Positions 13,002 to 25,879 of a stretch of DNA of 64,000 nt are shown here, in pieces (within the stretch, counting starts at the first letter, position 1; each line of letters starts with the position of its first letter). The DNA lies in contig NC_058368.1 in assembly GCF_018350175.1 (NCBI RefSeq), forward strand, positions 207,888,001-207,952,000, read 5' to 3'. Source of the stretch: Felis catus (taxonomy: Eukaryota). The notes below the pieces were generated by a model, which saw only the letters and a program-made list of their open reading frames with translations, did no database searches and had not been told where the DNA came from. A program made the position numbers and the translations under genes.

Positions 13002-13590
13002 AGGTTCTGGTTTTCTGAAAAAGATAAATTATACACAAGGAAAATTTTATTCAATTTTAGCTCTGAGCAGGTTTCTTTGACCCAATTGTGGTAGACGATG
13101 GTGTAAAGGGCTCCCACTCTCCTCTCCTCCCTACGTCCATGCCCCTTGTCAGGTGAGTCTGGAGCTCCCCCTGCCCCGCAAAATAAGAGTGCAGTTCCCT
13201 GCTCCGTGTGACTTGCCCTGACCCATAATAAAACAGAAGCAGTGGCGTGCCAGCTTGGAGCCTAGACCTCAAAGTGCCTTGTGTAATTCTGCTTGCTCTT
13301 CCGTGTTTCTTTGGCACGAAGAGAGCACTTCTGGGCTCCCCTCCTGGACCCAGGAGGAGAAGGAGCAACACGGGAGGCAGAACTGAGTCACCACGGCTGC
13401 TCCCCCAGGGGCCAGCCGAGCTCAGCCAGCAGCCGGCCGACAGCGGCCGATCCCTGGTGCAGGAGCAACGACTGTTCACAGTGAGCGTGCCACCGAGGCT
13501 GTGTGCCAATAGACACGTGACCTACCAATTTCTTCAGGCCAAGCGAAGGTTGGTAAAGAAGGGTAAAGCAAAGAAACGAAGTTAAATCTT

Positions 13591-13814
13591 TTTTTTAATT
13601 AATTTTTTTTTCAACGTTTATTTATTTTTGGGACAGAGAGAGACAGAGCATGAACGGGGGAGGGGCAGAGAGAGAGGGAGACACAGAATCGGAAACAGGC
13701 TCCAGGCTCTGAGCCATCAGCCCAGAGCCGGACGCGGGGCTCGAACTCACGGACCGCGAGATCGTGACCTGGCTGAAGTCGGACGCTTAACCGACTGCGC
13801 CACCCAGGCGCCCC
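13591..13814 (-). mobile_element. Young SINEC_Fc with 15-bp TSD acgaagttaaatctt
   Basis: CpGs intact; TSD at 13576-13590 and 13815-13829. Confidence 0.95.
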
Positions 13815-15699
13815 ACGAAGTTAAATCTTAAAAAAAAAAGGACCATGGTCAGAGAAGAGCTGTATTTGAATTGATTACTTACAGAGGAGTCATCTCCCTC
13901 AATAAAATTTCACCGAGGAAAAACAAGCACATTCCACCTAGAGAGAGAGGCGGTGTCTCATTGTTCAAAATAGTTTCCGGCTTTCCTTGCTTTAGAGGAG
14001 GCCTGTAAACGGCAGGTCAAAGAACTGCACTGATTCATCGGGTCCTTTGACCACAGGCCAATCTGAAGGCACAAAGAATGAACCTCGGTGACCTCAAGAA
14101 GGCTAACATGTTCTTAATTTGTAATAAGAGTGTTAGTCCACGGAAGCCTTGAGTTTCACTTTTTTACTTCAAAGTCTGACTCATCCCAGAGAGAGGCAAT
14201 TAAACAGTTCAGAGCCCGTTTTGCCTCTGTCTAGCCACCTGGACCTCATCAAAAGCCAGAAAATCAGTGAACCACATCACCCGTTTTCACTACCCCCAAC
14301 TAAATGGGAACAGCAGTGAAGACAGAAAAAGACTACACCAAACCATTCCATTCTTCTAGGGTAGTCAAATCTGCTTACACACGAGCCCGCCTGCAAACAG
14401 AAGCAAAAGTCTGCAAACGACGGCTTTCAGTCACAGTCCTTTAAGCACCACCTTCCACTACTTCTACTTTTGGCAGACGGGTCATGCGTCCCCCTCTAAC
14501 ATCCCTACTTACAACTTCAAACAGGTTCCTGTTACAATTAAATATCAAAGCCAGGGAGAAAACCAAATTCAAGAGAAAATCGTTTCTGCTCAGAGCCAAA
14601 GGCAAGGCAAAGGAAAATGCTGGCACGAAGCCTCTGGCGCTCAGTGTGCAACTGAAGCATCCTTCCAGTCCTAGTCTACGGGTACAGGATCTTCCCGTCC
14701 CAACACCGACATCACCTGAGGAACGCAGGGTGCCATGCTGTGAGGAAATCTCATCCCATAAATCGAAGACCAGATGGTTCAGGGAGTGAGGTAGGCTGCC
14801 TGATGTTCTCTGTACGAAAGGGCTCTTTGAAGTGTTTTTAGAATTTTGGAGTTCTGGTAAGTCAAACAGTTCACATGATGCAAAATGTAAACAAATCATA
14901 GAGACAGAGAAACTTAAAACCAAAAGTTAGAAGCCACCTACCCATCAAAGGTAACCAGAAATTAAAGAATGAAGTTTTCATGTAACAAAGCCAAAAATAT
15001 GAGCATTTACAAAGGACTTGTTTCTATGGTCTGATGATCACAGGAAAGTCTTTGAGAAGCACCAGGACGGTCCCGTCTGGAAGTCCCGCCCTCCCCCACT
15101 GTCTCACACATGGCAGGTTGTGAATCCGAGGAGGCTGGCATCAGCAGCCATTCAGATCCACGGTTTTTCCTTTCATCTGTTCTGACGTGCACCGTTTTAG
15201 ACGTGCTGGACAGGTGGCAAACGGGACACAGCAGTCACTGCCTGCACCTGGGCGAAGTGCTTATTTCCCATGGTGTGACTGGACAGCCCCCATCCCAACA
15301 CTTCAGGCCCCAGACCACGCCAGGACCACTTGCAGAGGGATTACGGGTCCTGGCTGTCGTCTGAATACTCTGGCAAAATCAGTAAAGTTCACCAAAACTT
15401 GCAGAGTGACAGTCAGCAGCTGGAAGAACATCCCAGAGACACCGGTGTCAGCCTTTGGGAAACGCCGCACGAACAGTTTTCCCGACGCCTGATGCCGTGC
15501 GAAGGACACAGACACCCAGGGCTCTGAGTCAGCTGCTCCCAGGCCCCAGGTGACCCTGCACAGCCCATGTGGCCCCCACCCCTCCTCCTCTGTAAACCTG
15601 CCTCCAAAGACCCTGTGCCTACTCCGAGGGCACCAGCTCTTGGCTGGTGAGCTCCCCCACAACCACAGGGAAGAACCTGGAGGTGAAGGGGTGAGTGGC

Positions 15700-16440
15700 A
15701 CCCAGACGCTGAGGTGGGAGAGTGCTGGGCTCATTCAAGGAACAGCAGGAGCTCCTGCTGCAGTGAGAGGTGAGAAGCAGGAGGTGAAAACAGAGGGTCC
15801 ACAGAGGGAGAGCAGACAGGGAAGCATTTTCCCAACTGTGGCTTCTACCCTGGGGCAGGTGAGAGCCACTGGGCAGTTTCGGGACAGGAATAGCCTATCT
15901 CACTCACCAGAACAGGAAGAGACTGGTGGGGACAGGAGGGGGCAGGGGCAGTGGGAGGGACAGCAGTTAGGAAGGTCTGCAGTAGTCCAGGGACAATGGC
16001 ACTGGCTCAGGCCACGGTCACGGCAGTGGAGGCGGAAACAGCAGTGGAACTCAGGAGAGATCTGACAGACAGAGCTGGCAGGGTGTGACAGGGGCTGACA
16101 AAGTCAGACATCACGGGTGGCCCCCAAAATGGCCTGAGCTCTTGGCAGAAGGGAGGCTGCTATCAACAGAGAAGAGACGAACAGATGTAGTGGGCTCTAT
16201 CGAGGGCTCGGTTTGCAGCTTGCTACATTGGAGATGCTTATGTGACAGCCACGTGAGCTGGCTGGACACACAAAGTGGGGTCCATGGGAGGGGTCCGGGC
16301 AGGGGTAGAAATCATCCTCGGTGCATGCATGTGGTACTTAAGCCACAGGACTGGATGATCACCTGCAGACTCCATACAGACAGAGAAGAGAGGTCAGCAC
16401 ACGAGCTCTGGGGCGCCCTGCGCCCTAGACTGGACCCCTG
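15700..16440 (-). mobile_element. L2 LINE fragment
   Basis: Purine-rich degenerate sequence resembling antisense L2 (gagagccactgggcagttt...gcagtagtccagg). Confidence 0.5.
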
Positions 16441-17613
16441 ATGCAGATCAATGACACTGAAGGATTAGGCCAGGCCTTCCTACGGCACCTGGAGGACAAG
16501 GGCTGAGTGTGAGTTGGGCCGGCGAGCCCCTTCAGCGGCAGTCAGTGCTCCGCCTGTTCTCCTAGGGACTGCTGTTCCGGAAAAGCCCACCGTGCCCTCT
16601 GGTTCTTCCATCAGGCTTTCTCTTGCCATGTCCGTGGGGAGTATTGCCACTTCCAGTGTCCAGTAAGAAAAGGAAGTCAGGAAGAATTCAGAAAGGCAAA
16701 ACCACTTTCCTGCCTCACCCACACTACTTAGTTCTTTGCCCAAATCTGTTCTTTATTTCTATTTTTGAGATCTCCATCATTCCCAGCCAGACTATGTGCT
16801 GCCTGAGGACAGGCCTGGACCCGAGGCCCCACTGTCTATCATAGTCCCAGGACGTGGTTGTTACCCAGTAAATGAATAAACGTTTGTACTAATTTTCTCA
16901 CATTCTTTCTTCTTTGCTTTCAATTTTATTTTATTAAGGAGATTCCTTTTCAGGCCCTTCTACTTTTCCTGTTGCCAAACATTGCCTAATTCCTAGTCTT
17001 TCATTGACATTTCTTCTCTGGGGAGACAAAGGGAGAAAAGAAAAGAAAAATTACCCACTCATTTTGTAGAACTTCTCATTCAAATCTTGTCTCTGTGCAA
17101 AACGAAGATGCCTTTGAACGTCCCTCAGTACAAACACTACAGGCACAACTTTTGCAAAGGGTGTGAGTCTGCCCTTCTTTGCTAGGACTTCTTGTACTGT
17201 CATTACTAAAATATTTATTCCTGGGAAGTTTCCTCACCATAAATAATCCCCACGAGAAGCAACATGACCAGTCATTTGCTTCCCAAGAACGGGGTGTGTT
17301 GCCAAACTTTTCAGAACTGGCTGGGTGCCCAGTGATGTCATATGCAAATTCTATTTTAAAGAAAGAAGCTGTTCATCCAGGAAGTGTGCTTGGGTGTGTG
17401 CTCCCTGTGAAAGAGTTCTGTGCGCCAGCACCAAGTGCTGCATGGCATGTTCCCCACATTTCCCAAGTTCATCTACTTTGTTCTTTTCTATGAGCACTGC
17501 ATGTTTTGGGGAGCCCTTTTGAAAGGGCCTCCACCATTATAGCACAGGACGCATTACTTGTAAGGTTTCACTGCAATTCCACCCCCCTTTCCTCCTAAAG
17601 TATCCACCACCCA

Positions 17614-17833
17614 GGGGCACCTGGGTGGCTCAGTCGGTTAAGCATTGGACTTTTGGCTCAGGTCATGATCTCGCAGTTCATGGGCTCGAGCCCCGCGTTG
17701 GACTCTGTGCTGACAGCTCGGAGCCTGGAGCCTGATTTGGATTCTGTGTCTCCCTCTCTCTGCCCCTCGCATGCTCGCACTCTCTCTCTTTCAAAAATAA
17801 ATAAACATTAAAAAATTAATTAACTAAATAAAA
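17614..17833 (+). mobile_element. SINEC with TSD taaagtatccaccacc
   Basis: TSD at 17596-17611 and 17834-17849. Confidence 0.92.
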
Positions 17834-17999
17834 TAAAGTATCCACCACCTGGAGGTGGTGCTCAAAGAAAGGTTTAAGCACTCCTTGTCCTCTCTTTAAA
17901 CCTGCCTGGTTAAATGTGTCTACTAGTTTTGTAAGATCATCCCTTATTTGTGAGACTAAATTGGCTTATGCACAATCACTTTTCTTTTTTTTTTCTTTT

Positions 18000-18025
18000 C
18001 AAAATCTTTTTCATGTTTATTTAGT

Positions 18026-18078
<53 letters not shown>

Positions 18079-18252
18079 CAGAGCATGAGCAGGGGAGGGG
18101 CAGAGAGAGAAAGGGAGACACAGAATCAGAAGCAGGCACCAGGCTCTGAGCTGTCAGTACAGAGCCCGGTGCGGGGCTTGAACTCACAAACTGCAAGATC
18201 ATGACCTGAGCCAAAGTCGGATGCTTAACCGACTGAGCCACCCAGGTGCCCC
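18000..18252 (-). mobile_element. SINEC with expanded (GA)n microsatellite (about 18029-18076)
   Basis: Reverse-complement SINEC with a long GA run. Confidence 0.9.
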
Positions 18253-18622
18253 TTGCTTTTCTTTTTTAAATCAACATTCAGTTAAAGATTCTTGGAACTT
18301 GTGACTGATTAAAGCTGGATCTTTGAGTGGTAAGTGAAGACAAAGAAAGGAATAGAAAACCTAGGTCCAAGGAGTATTCTGGACCTAAAGAAGATGTAGG
18401 AATTTAGTACATGCTAACGATATATTTTAAATCACTGGAGACAAGACAGATTATTCCCCAGAATCGTACTGGAACAATAACCTAGACCTTTGTGGGAAAA
18501 GGAAGCTGTAATAGTCAAGTGCACGGGCTCTGACATAAGAATGCTGAGGGCCCAATCATTGCTCTGGCACTTAATAACTATATCACTGTGGACATGTTAC
18601 TTAAATGAAACCCATTAAGTAA

Positions 18623-18815
18623 CTGGGTGGCTCAGTCGGTTAAGCATCCGACTTCAACTCAGGTCATGATCTCATGGTTCATGAGTTCGAGCCCCGCGTC
18701 CAACTCTGCACTCACAGCCTGGAGTCTAGAGCCTGCTTTGATTTTGTCTCCCTTTCTCAATGCCCCTCCCTTGCTTGTGTGCTCTCTCTCAAAAATAAAT
18801 ATTAAAAAAAAGAAA
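18623..18815 (+). mobile_element. SINEC, slightly 5'-truncated
   Basis: Starts at ctgggtggctcagtcggttaag. Confidence 0.88.
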
Positions 18816-18829
18816 CCAATCAAAAACAG

Positions 18830-19450
18830 ATAAGCTACCCTGTAAAATAACTGATAGATGATATGAATCTGTAATTCACGAAAAAACGAAATATGAATAG
18901 CCAAAAGAGAATAAACAGGACAATATCATTACTAAATACATGCAAATTAAAAAAGTAATTGTATATGTCTGTATGTGGGTCTGCATGGTATCCAACTGGC
19001 AAAGCCTAAAAAGGTCTTAATACCTAGCATTGATAACAGTTTGAAGAAGCAGGCATTGTTACTCACTGATGGTCAAACAGCACAACTTTGCCAAGGTCAT
19101 TTGGAAAATACCTATTAGAATTCCAGGGTGCATTCCCTTTGATCCAGAAATTCTATTTCTGGAATTTTGTCCTCTAAATAGTATGCTTGTATATGTGTGT
19201 CTGTATACAAAACTGATGTATTTTAAAGAGGGTTCATTGTGGTATTGTTAATATCTAGGAAAAATGAAAACATGAAATGTTTTCCGTGAAGTGTCCAAGT
19301 GTCCGTGAAAAAGAATCAGAAAATTCAATCGTGGTGCATTTCCACAAAGGAGTACTATGAAACTGTGAAAAGGATAAGATAGATCTATGTGCTGCCATGG
19401 AAGAATATCCAAAAAATACTGAGTGAAAAAGCCCATTTCAGAATAGCGTG
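18830..19450 (+). mobile_element. Old L1 (L1ME-like) 3' fragment
   Basis: cattccctttgatccagaaattctatttctggaattt motif typical of L1M. Confidence 0.55.
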
Positions 19451-19499
19451 TGCGCACAAACACCTCTGGAAGACGGGTGTGCGAGTGTGCAACCGTGCC

Positions 19500-19912
19500 A
19501 CTCTGCGCTCCCTTTAGAAGGCTCTGCCTCAGGACCGTAGCTGACTGACAGCCTCCGCTGCTGCCCCTTTCCATCCGCTGCACATTCAAACCCCAGCCCA
19601 CAGTCCTTGCAGGCTGCTCCCAGCAGATGATCGGGCCAAACTTTTTCTGCTCAACAGGGAACTCCTCCAATAGGCAACATTTGATCTACGTCTCCCCACT
19701 GGCCTGGGCAAAACATTCTCAGAACTGCATTGTAGGTGGAAGCCCCTCCCTCTCAATCTTCCTTCTTCCCTGTCACCTTGCATGGGATTTGCAGGCTTTC
19801 TCTGCCTCTTCCCGCTCCCTTGTCCCTTTATCCCTCACCAGGGCATTTCCCCCAAATCTCTTGCACATCCATTTCTGCCTTGCTGTCTTCTACTTCAAGG
19901 ATCCAAACTGGC
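19500..19912 (+). mobile_element. LTR16-like ERVL LTR
   Basis: End motif cccaaatctcttgcacatcc...ttgctgtcttctacttcaaggatccaaac. Confidence 0.55.
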
Positions 19913-20212
19913 CCCCAAAGACACACCCAACTAGTAACACTTACAAATCTAGAGCTGGGATGGAGTAAAGGAGGTGAGCAGGATGGAAATTATGGTCAAA
20001 TCTCTCAAGTGATGTAATTCTGCAACATAAAGCATTCTTTACAACATGTGCGTGTTTTACACATATTTACATATGCAAGTAGTGGCAATTCCATTACTTT
20101 CAGATTTGAACCATATATCCCAACAGGGTTAAACCAGTTGACAATAGTTTTTGATTCAAATCCAAACCATACTTGTCAAATAGACCTAAAAAAAGGTGGT
20201 GGTTGTTGTTGT

Positions 20213-20420
20213 TGTTTTTAAGTTTATTTATCTTGAGAGAGAGAAAAGGAGAGAAAGAGAGTGCGAGCAGGGGTGGGGCAGAGAGATGGAGAAAGAGAAT
20301 CCCAAGCAGGTTCTGTGCTGTTAGCGCGGAGCCCAACAAGGGGCTTAATCCCAAGAACTATGAGATCATGACCCAAGCCAACAGTCATATGCTTAACTGA
20401 CTGAGCCACCCAGGGGCCCC
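20213..20420 (-). mobile_element. SINEC
   Basis: Reverse-complement SINEC (gagaatcccaagcagg variant). Confidence 0.88.
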
Positions 20421-21943
20421 AAAAAAGATTGGTATTTTTTAAGTACTGGATCAGCCTACAAGCGTGTCATGTGTTTCTGTACGAAAACGTGATCTCTCAG
20501 ATCCTGAGAGAATATAGGGGCTTTAAAAATGCATTTTCAATTACAGAAAGTAATCAATGTCCTGGGTAGAAAAACATACTGCCATTCCCTTCTGACAGAC
20601 CGGCACACTAAGGAATGTGAAGTGACCTTGCTCAAAGCCCCCCATTGGACAGATGGAGAACAGAAAGAGGTGACCAAGAGATCACGTGACATACGAAAAG
20701 TTTACTCACATGACAGCATAGCTTCTGTTGACGTACAACATCTACTGTTCTCACATAGTAGGAGCTAATTCCATGTTTTCCAAGGGTTCTTTTTATCTTA
20801 CATTTTTCCAAGTGTTACTTACATCTTACATTTTTCTATTTGGTAAGACACTTGAAATTATGGCTTTTTAGTTGACTTTAGATTTTATACTCAGACTGGA
20901 TGTATTTTATGTGGCAATCGTCATCTTAAGACAACAGTTTTAAATAATCCAGAGAGTTGATTGCCTCAGTGATTTCAGATCTAAGACTAGAACTTGGTAT
21001 TATATTTAGTGCCCGATTAACCCTCTGTCCTTAAAAAAAAGAAGAAGAAGAAAGGAAGGGAGGGAGGGAAGAGAGAAACAACACAACAATAACTTAGTTC
21101 AAGTTCTCTTACGTGCAAGTTCTCTAGCATATGATATTAAAAGAAAGCAATTTACAAGTCCTGTCAACCACATTTAATCCAATAGGAAATACTATCACCA
21201 GCAGTATGATTTTAAATACCAGTAAAAGATTATATACTCAAAGCGTGGATGAAGACCCGTAGCACTGACATCACCGAAGAGACTAGAAATGTAAAACCAG
21301 CCACACATTCGAGCTACCGAATAAAAATTTGTATTTAAAAAAGAATTCCTAGCGGATGTCACATGCACACCCAAGTTGGAGAAATACTACCATATTCAAT
21401 AACTATTACATATTTTTGTCTCCCAGGATACTACTGATACAGAAAGGAAACATTTACTGGTTCCTTCTACGATGAGGTGCACTGCAGAGGCCATACTAGG
21501 ATATGAAAGTAAATGTGAAAATGATCCTAGCCAGCACGAAGTGGACCCCAGCTCCCTGCCAGGTGCTGTGCTATGTGACCTGCATGAGTTTATTAACTGA
21601 ATCTTCACAAGAGTCTTATGAAAGAAATTCAGTTATCATCCACTTACACAGGTGAGGAAACAAAAGTTCACAAGGTTAAAAGTTAACTTTGACACAGGGC
21701 GACATCGTTCTTCCAGAACTTGAAGTCCAGGTGAGTCAGTCCCCAGATCACAGTGCTTTTCCAAACACACTGCTTCCTCCAGAGTTGGAGCTCAGACCAG
21801 AATGGACATTAAGGCATAAAGAATTATTAACAATTATAAACCCTTAGAAACCCAAGAAAATCCAAAGAGAGATTCCAACAGGAAGTTTTTTTTTTTAGCT
21901 TGGCAAGCTATTTGTAAAGTTTATACAAAAGAGAAAATGACAT

Positions 21944-22175
21944 GGGGTGCCTGGGTGGCTCAGTCGGTTAAGCGTCCGACTTCGGCTCAGGTCGTGATCT
22001 CAGGCTTGTGGGTTCGAGCCCCGCGTCGAGCCCCGTGTTGGGCTCTGTGCTGACAGCTCAGCGCCGGGAGCCTGCTTCCAATTCTGTGTCTCCCCCTCTC
22101 TCTGCACCTCCCCTGCTCGTGCTGTGTCTCTCTCTGTCTCTCAAAAAATAAATGTTAAAAAAATTTTTTTAAAAA
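21944..22175 (+). mobile_element. SINEC
   Basis: Full head and tail; small internal duplication tcgagccccg. Confidence 0.9.
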
Positions 22176-22214
22176 ACTTCTGTGTAGCAAAAGATAGTTA
22201 AAAACAAAAGCATT

Positions 22215-22630
22215 ATGAATGGATAAGTAAAAGTGGTGTATGCATACAACAGAATACTATCTATTCTTAAAAAGGAAAAAAAAATCCATTACTTGCTACA
22301 ACATGGATGGTCTTGGGGACATTTTGCTAAGTGAATTAAGTCAGTCACGAAAAGACAAATGCTATACGATTTCTCCAATCCCTGTGAGGTGCCTGGAGTA
22401 GTCGAATTCATAGGGACAGAAAGTAGAATGCTGCTTACAGGGGGCTGGGGTCGGGAGAAGTGGGAGTTACTGTTTAATGGGCATAGAGTGTCAGTTTTGC
22501 AAGGTGGAAAGAATTCTAAAGATGAACAGTGCCAATGGGTGCACAACAATAAGGGTGTACTTAGTAACACTGACCTGTACACTTAAAAATGATTAAAATG
22601 GTAAATTTTATATTATGTATTTTACGACCA
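22215..22630 (+). mobile_element. L1 (L1MA/MB-like) 3' end
   Basis: gctacaacatggatg...ttgctaagtgaattaagtcagtcac...acttaaaaatgattaaaatggtaaattttat. Confidence 0.75.
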
Positions 22631-22772
22631 AAAAATTGGGGGGTGGGGAGAGAATCACACTAGAAGAAATATTGAAATAATCTACAACAGACAAAGGGTT
22701 AAGATCCTGAATAGGTATAGAGCTTCTGAGATTCATAGGAATAGGAAAAAGCAACTCAATAGAAAAATGAGA

Positions 22773-22979
22773 GGGGCGCCTGGGTGGCTCAGGCAGTTAA
22801 GCATCTGAGTTTGGCTCAGGTCATGCTCTCACGGTTTGTGAGTTTGAGCCCCATGTCGGGTTCTGTGCTGACAGCTCAGAGCCTGGAGCCTGCTTCGGAT
22901 TCTGTGTCTCCCTTTCTCTCTGCCTCTCCCATGCTCACGCTCTGTCTCTCTCTCTCAAAAAAATAAACATTTAAAAAAA
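22773..22979 (+). mobile_element. SINEC inserted in an older L1ME-like fragment (about 22680-23620)
   Basis: Full SINEC; the flanks read as L1M ORF2 end/3'UTR. Confidence 0.88.
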
Positions 22980-23671
22980 TAGAAGAAAAATGAGCAAAGG
23001 ACATGAACAGAAGACACACATGACCATAAATATTAAGAGAAATTAAATTGCAGTAGTAATAAGCAAAATACAAATTAAAATGCCATATTCATTCATTTAC
23101 CAGATTTGCAAATTTAAATGGAAAAAAAAAAGACAATGGCTGATGTTAGGAAGGATGAGGGAAGCAGATTCTCATGCACTGAATTTAAATCAGTACCTGG
23201 GGTGGGAGGCAGTGCTATGATTTGAAGAACTGTATCAAGTGAAAAAATGGACAAACCCTTGGACCCTAGAACTCTATTTCACAGAAATATTCAGGTTTAC
23301 ACACAAAGATGAATGCAGTCTTTCCTAAAGTACTGCTGCTAATGTTGAATAATCTGAAATCATCCAAATATCCATCAAGAAGGGAAAAAATGGATAAATT
23401 ATGTTTCTAATTTAGAATAACATGTAGTCTTTAACAAAAGGTTTGTACTGACATGGAAAGATCCCTAAGACCTGGATAATGAAAAAGTAAGCTACACAAT
23501 ATATAGTTAGATCTCATTTACATACATTAAGACATATGTATGTGTACATATTATGCAAATGCACAGAAAAGAAAACAAAATCATGGAATGGTATTTACCA
23601 AATGTAACCATCCCTCTTCTGAGAATAAGAGTGATCATGGTAGTTCCACATTTCATTCCACATACTTCTCT

Positions 23672-23900
23672 ATTTTTTTTAATTTTGTTTAATTTTTAAT
23701 GTTTATTTATTTTTGAGAGGAAGAGAGACCGAGCAGGAGTGGAGGAGGGGCAGAGAGAGAGGGAGACACAGAATCCGAAGCAGGCTCCAGGCTCCCAACT
23801 GTCAGCACAGAGCTGGACACGGGGCTCGAACCCAAGAACCACAAGATCATGACCTGAGCTGAAGTCAGATGCTTAACTGACTGAGCCACCCAGGCGCCCC
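23672..23900 (-). mobile_element. SINEC
   Basis: Reverse-complement consensus; TSD-like acttctctatttttt. Confidence 0.9.
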
Positions 23901-24014
23901 TACACTTCTCTATTTTTTTGAATAAGAATATAGTCAGTTATTACTTGAATTGCTTTTAAAACATAAAAATGAAATTCAGACAACCTGGAATATATAAATG
24001 TTGAAAAGCCAGTA

Positions 24015-24320
24015 CAGTTGATGCTTGAACAATGCCAGTTTAAACTGCATGGGTCCACATACACACAGATTTTTTTCAATAAATACAGTACAGAACTGTA
24101 AATGTAGTTTCACTTCCCTATGATGTTCTTAAGAACATCTCCCTTTCTCTAACCTACTTCATTGTAAAAACATAGTATATATAATGTGCACAATGTGTTA
24201 ATCAAATGTTTGTGTTATCGGGTCAACAGTAGGCTATTGGCAGTTAAGTTTTGGGGGACACAAAAGTTCTATGTGGATTTTTAGGCACCCCTACCGCCCG
24301 CGCTGTTCAAGGGCCAACTG
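24015..24320 (+). mobile_element. Tigger2a-like non-autonomous TcMar DNA transposon
   Basis: TIRs cagttgatgcttgaaca ... tgttcaagggccaactg, with TA on the left flank. Confidence 0.75.
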
Positions 24321-25229
24321 CAGAACTAAAATGAGAAGGGAAGGAAGGCTGTGAAGCCAATAACACAGCTGTTGGGAAAGAAACTCACTTTCCGCAGCTA
24401 CAAAGAAGCCTGCTTGGAGGGAAGGATATTTCTCACAATATTCTATTTGTTTGATTTTTCCCCATTTTACTTTTTTTTTTTAAATCAAGGAGGACTTCCT
24501 TTTCCAGGGAAAAGAGGGCCAAGTCTCCCTGTTCCTGTAATTGAGCAAGATGACACTCAGGAAGATTTCCTTCTACCCGAGCCAACAGTGCCCCAGCCCA
24601 GTTCCCACAGGAAAACATCTCCTTCCTCTTGTGGAAGGATATTACCACTGATTTCTCTTTCAAAGCCATAGTTTTCCTGACTCGGTTCCTTTTCTAAGAC
24701 AAAAGCGCTATAAGAAGCATCAGAGACTCTGGCACACCTACACGTGCATCTCTGTAGGTGTTCCTGGCCCTTCAGGTTAAAGAAAGGGGTAGAAGGAGAG
24801 ACCCAGTGCGTAAGTACTTTCCCCAATGTGGCCTGAGTGGGACACTGTCAAGGTGACCTTTGATACAAAAGGCTCAGACATATTTGCTGGGACAACACGA
24901 GGCAGAAGCAGGACCAAGATGTAAGTCACAAGGAGACAAGTTATAGCTGAGAATTAACTTTGTCTGGCAATGAAATATTAGGTGGTGAGCTCCCCGGCAC
25001 TATTAGCTTCTAATAGTACTGAATGCTACCAGGGCAGATACAAATTGAGCACAACCTGAAGATTCTAAACAGGCAGCTCAAGTTGGAGTCCAGTGTTTTT
25101 AATAAGCTCCAAGGATCGGGGCCCTTCAGCCTCCAGGGTGCATTTTAAAGCAGCCCAGGAGGGAGACAAAGTAGGACAGTAATGAAGCACCACCCCCAGA
25201 ACCACTCCAAAAAGAGTCCTAGAGTTTGA

Positions 25230-25450
25230 GGCACAGCATAGTGGTTATAAGGAGACTCCAAGCCAATTCCTGACTCTCACCTGTTAGCTGTGTGACCACA
25301 GACAAGTTACAGAACTTCTCTGGGCCTTGGTTTCCTCACTGATAAAACGAGAATGACAGAGCTATTCCCTCCCTCACTGGTAAAGCTTAAACGAGCTGGC
25401 ATACGTAAAGTACTCAGAACAGTGCCTGGTCCATCGTATGAACCATTATT
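25230..25450 (+). mobile_element. MIR fragment
   Basis: agctgtgtgaccacagacaagttac...ccttggtttcctca...tcagaacagtgcctgg. Confidence 0.65.
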
Positions 25451-25879
25451 ATTTTGCAGAGGAGGAAACTGAGGCTGAGGCGATGATTAACTTCACCCCA
25501 GTCCCAACGTCAGCTTTAGACTTGGGCATAACACCCAAAGCTTCTCTCCTTCCTGTTCAAATCAAATATACCATCTTTATTTCTATGGGATCCTCTACAT
25601 GGACCCCCACTTTTACTCCTCTTGAGTTGGAGCATAAGCTCAGTCCCAAAGAGTCTTGGAGCCTGTCGGTTACCAAGTGGCCTTTCTCAGTGGCACCTCC
25701 GTGGCACTCAGTGGCGCCTCTCACCGCAGGCAGGCAGGCAGGATGCATGCGTGCATGGCTGGGCTGATGAAAGGCCAAGGACCATCAAGAAAGGACTCAT
25801 GGTGTCAGGGCCAAAGCCCTGGGCTACGGGATTTTGGAGTCACCGCAGCCAGTTTTTCGGTCTTGGACAAGTTACTGAA

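Noticed and set aside
13002..13014. Second AG (aaaaccag) 8 nt into exon 2 as an alternative acceptor
   Set aside because: It lacks its own pyrimidine tract and would only trim the UTR.
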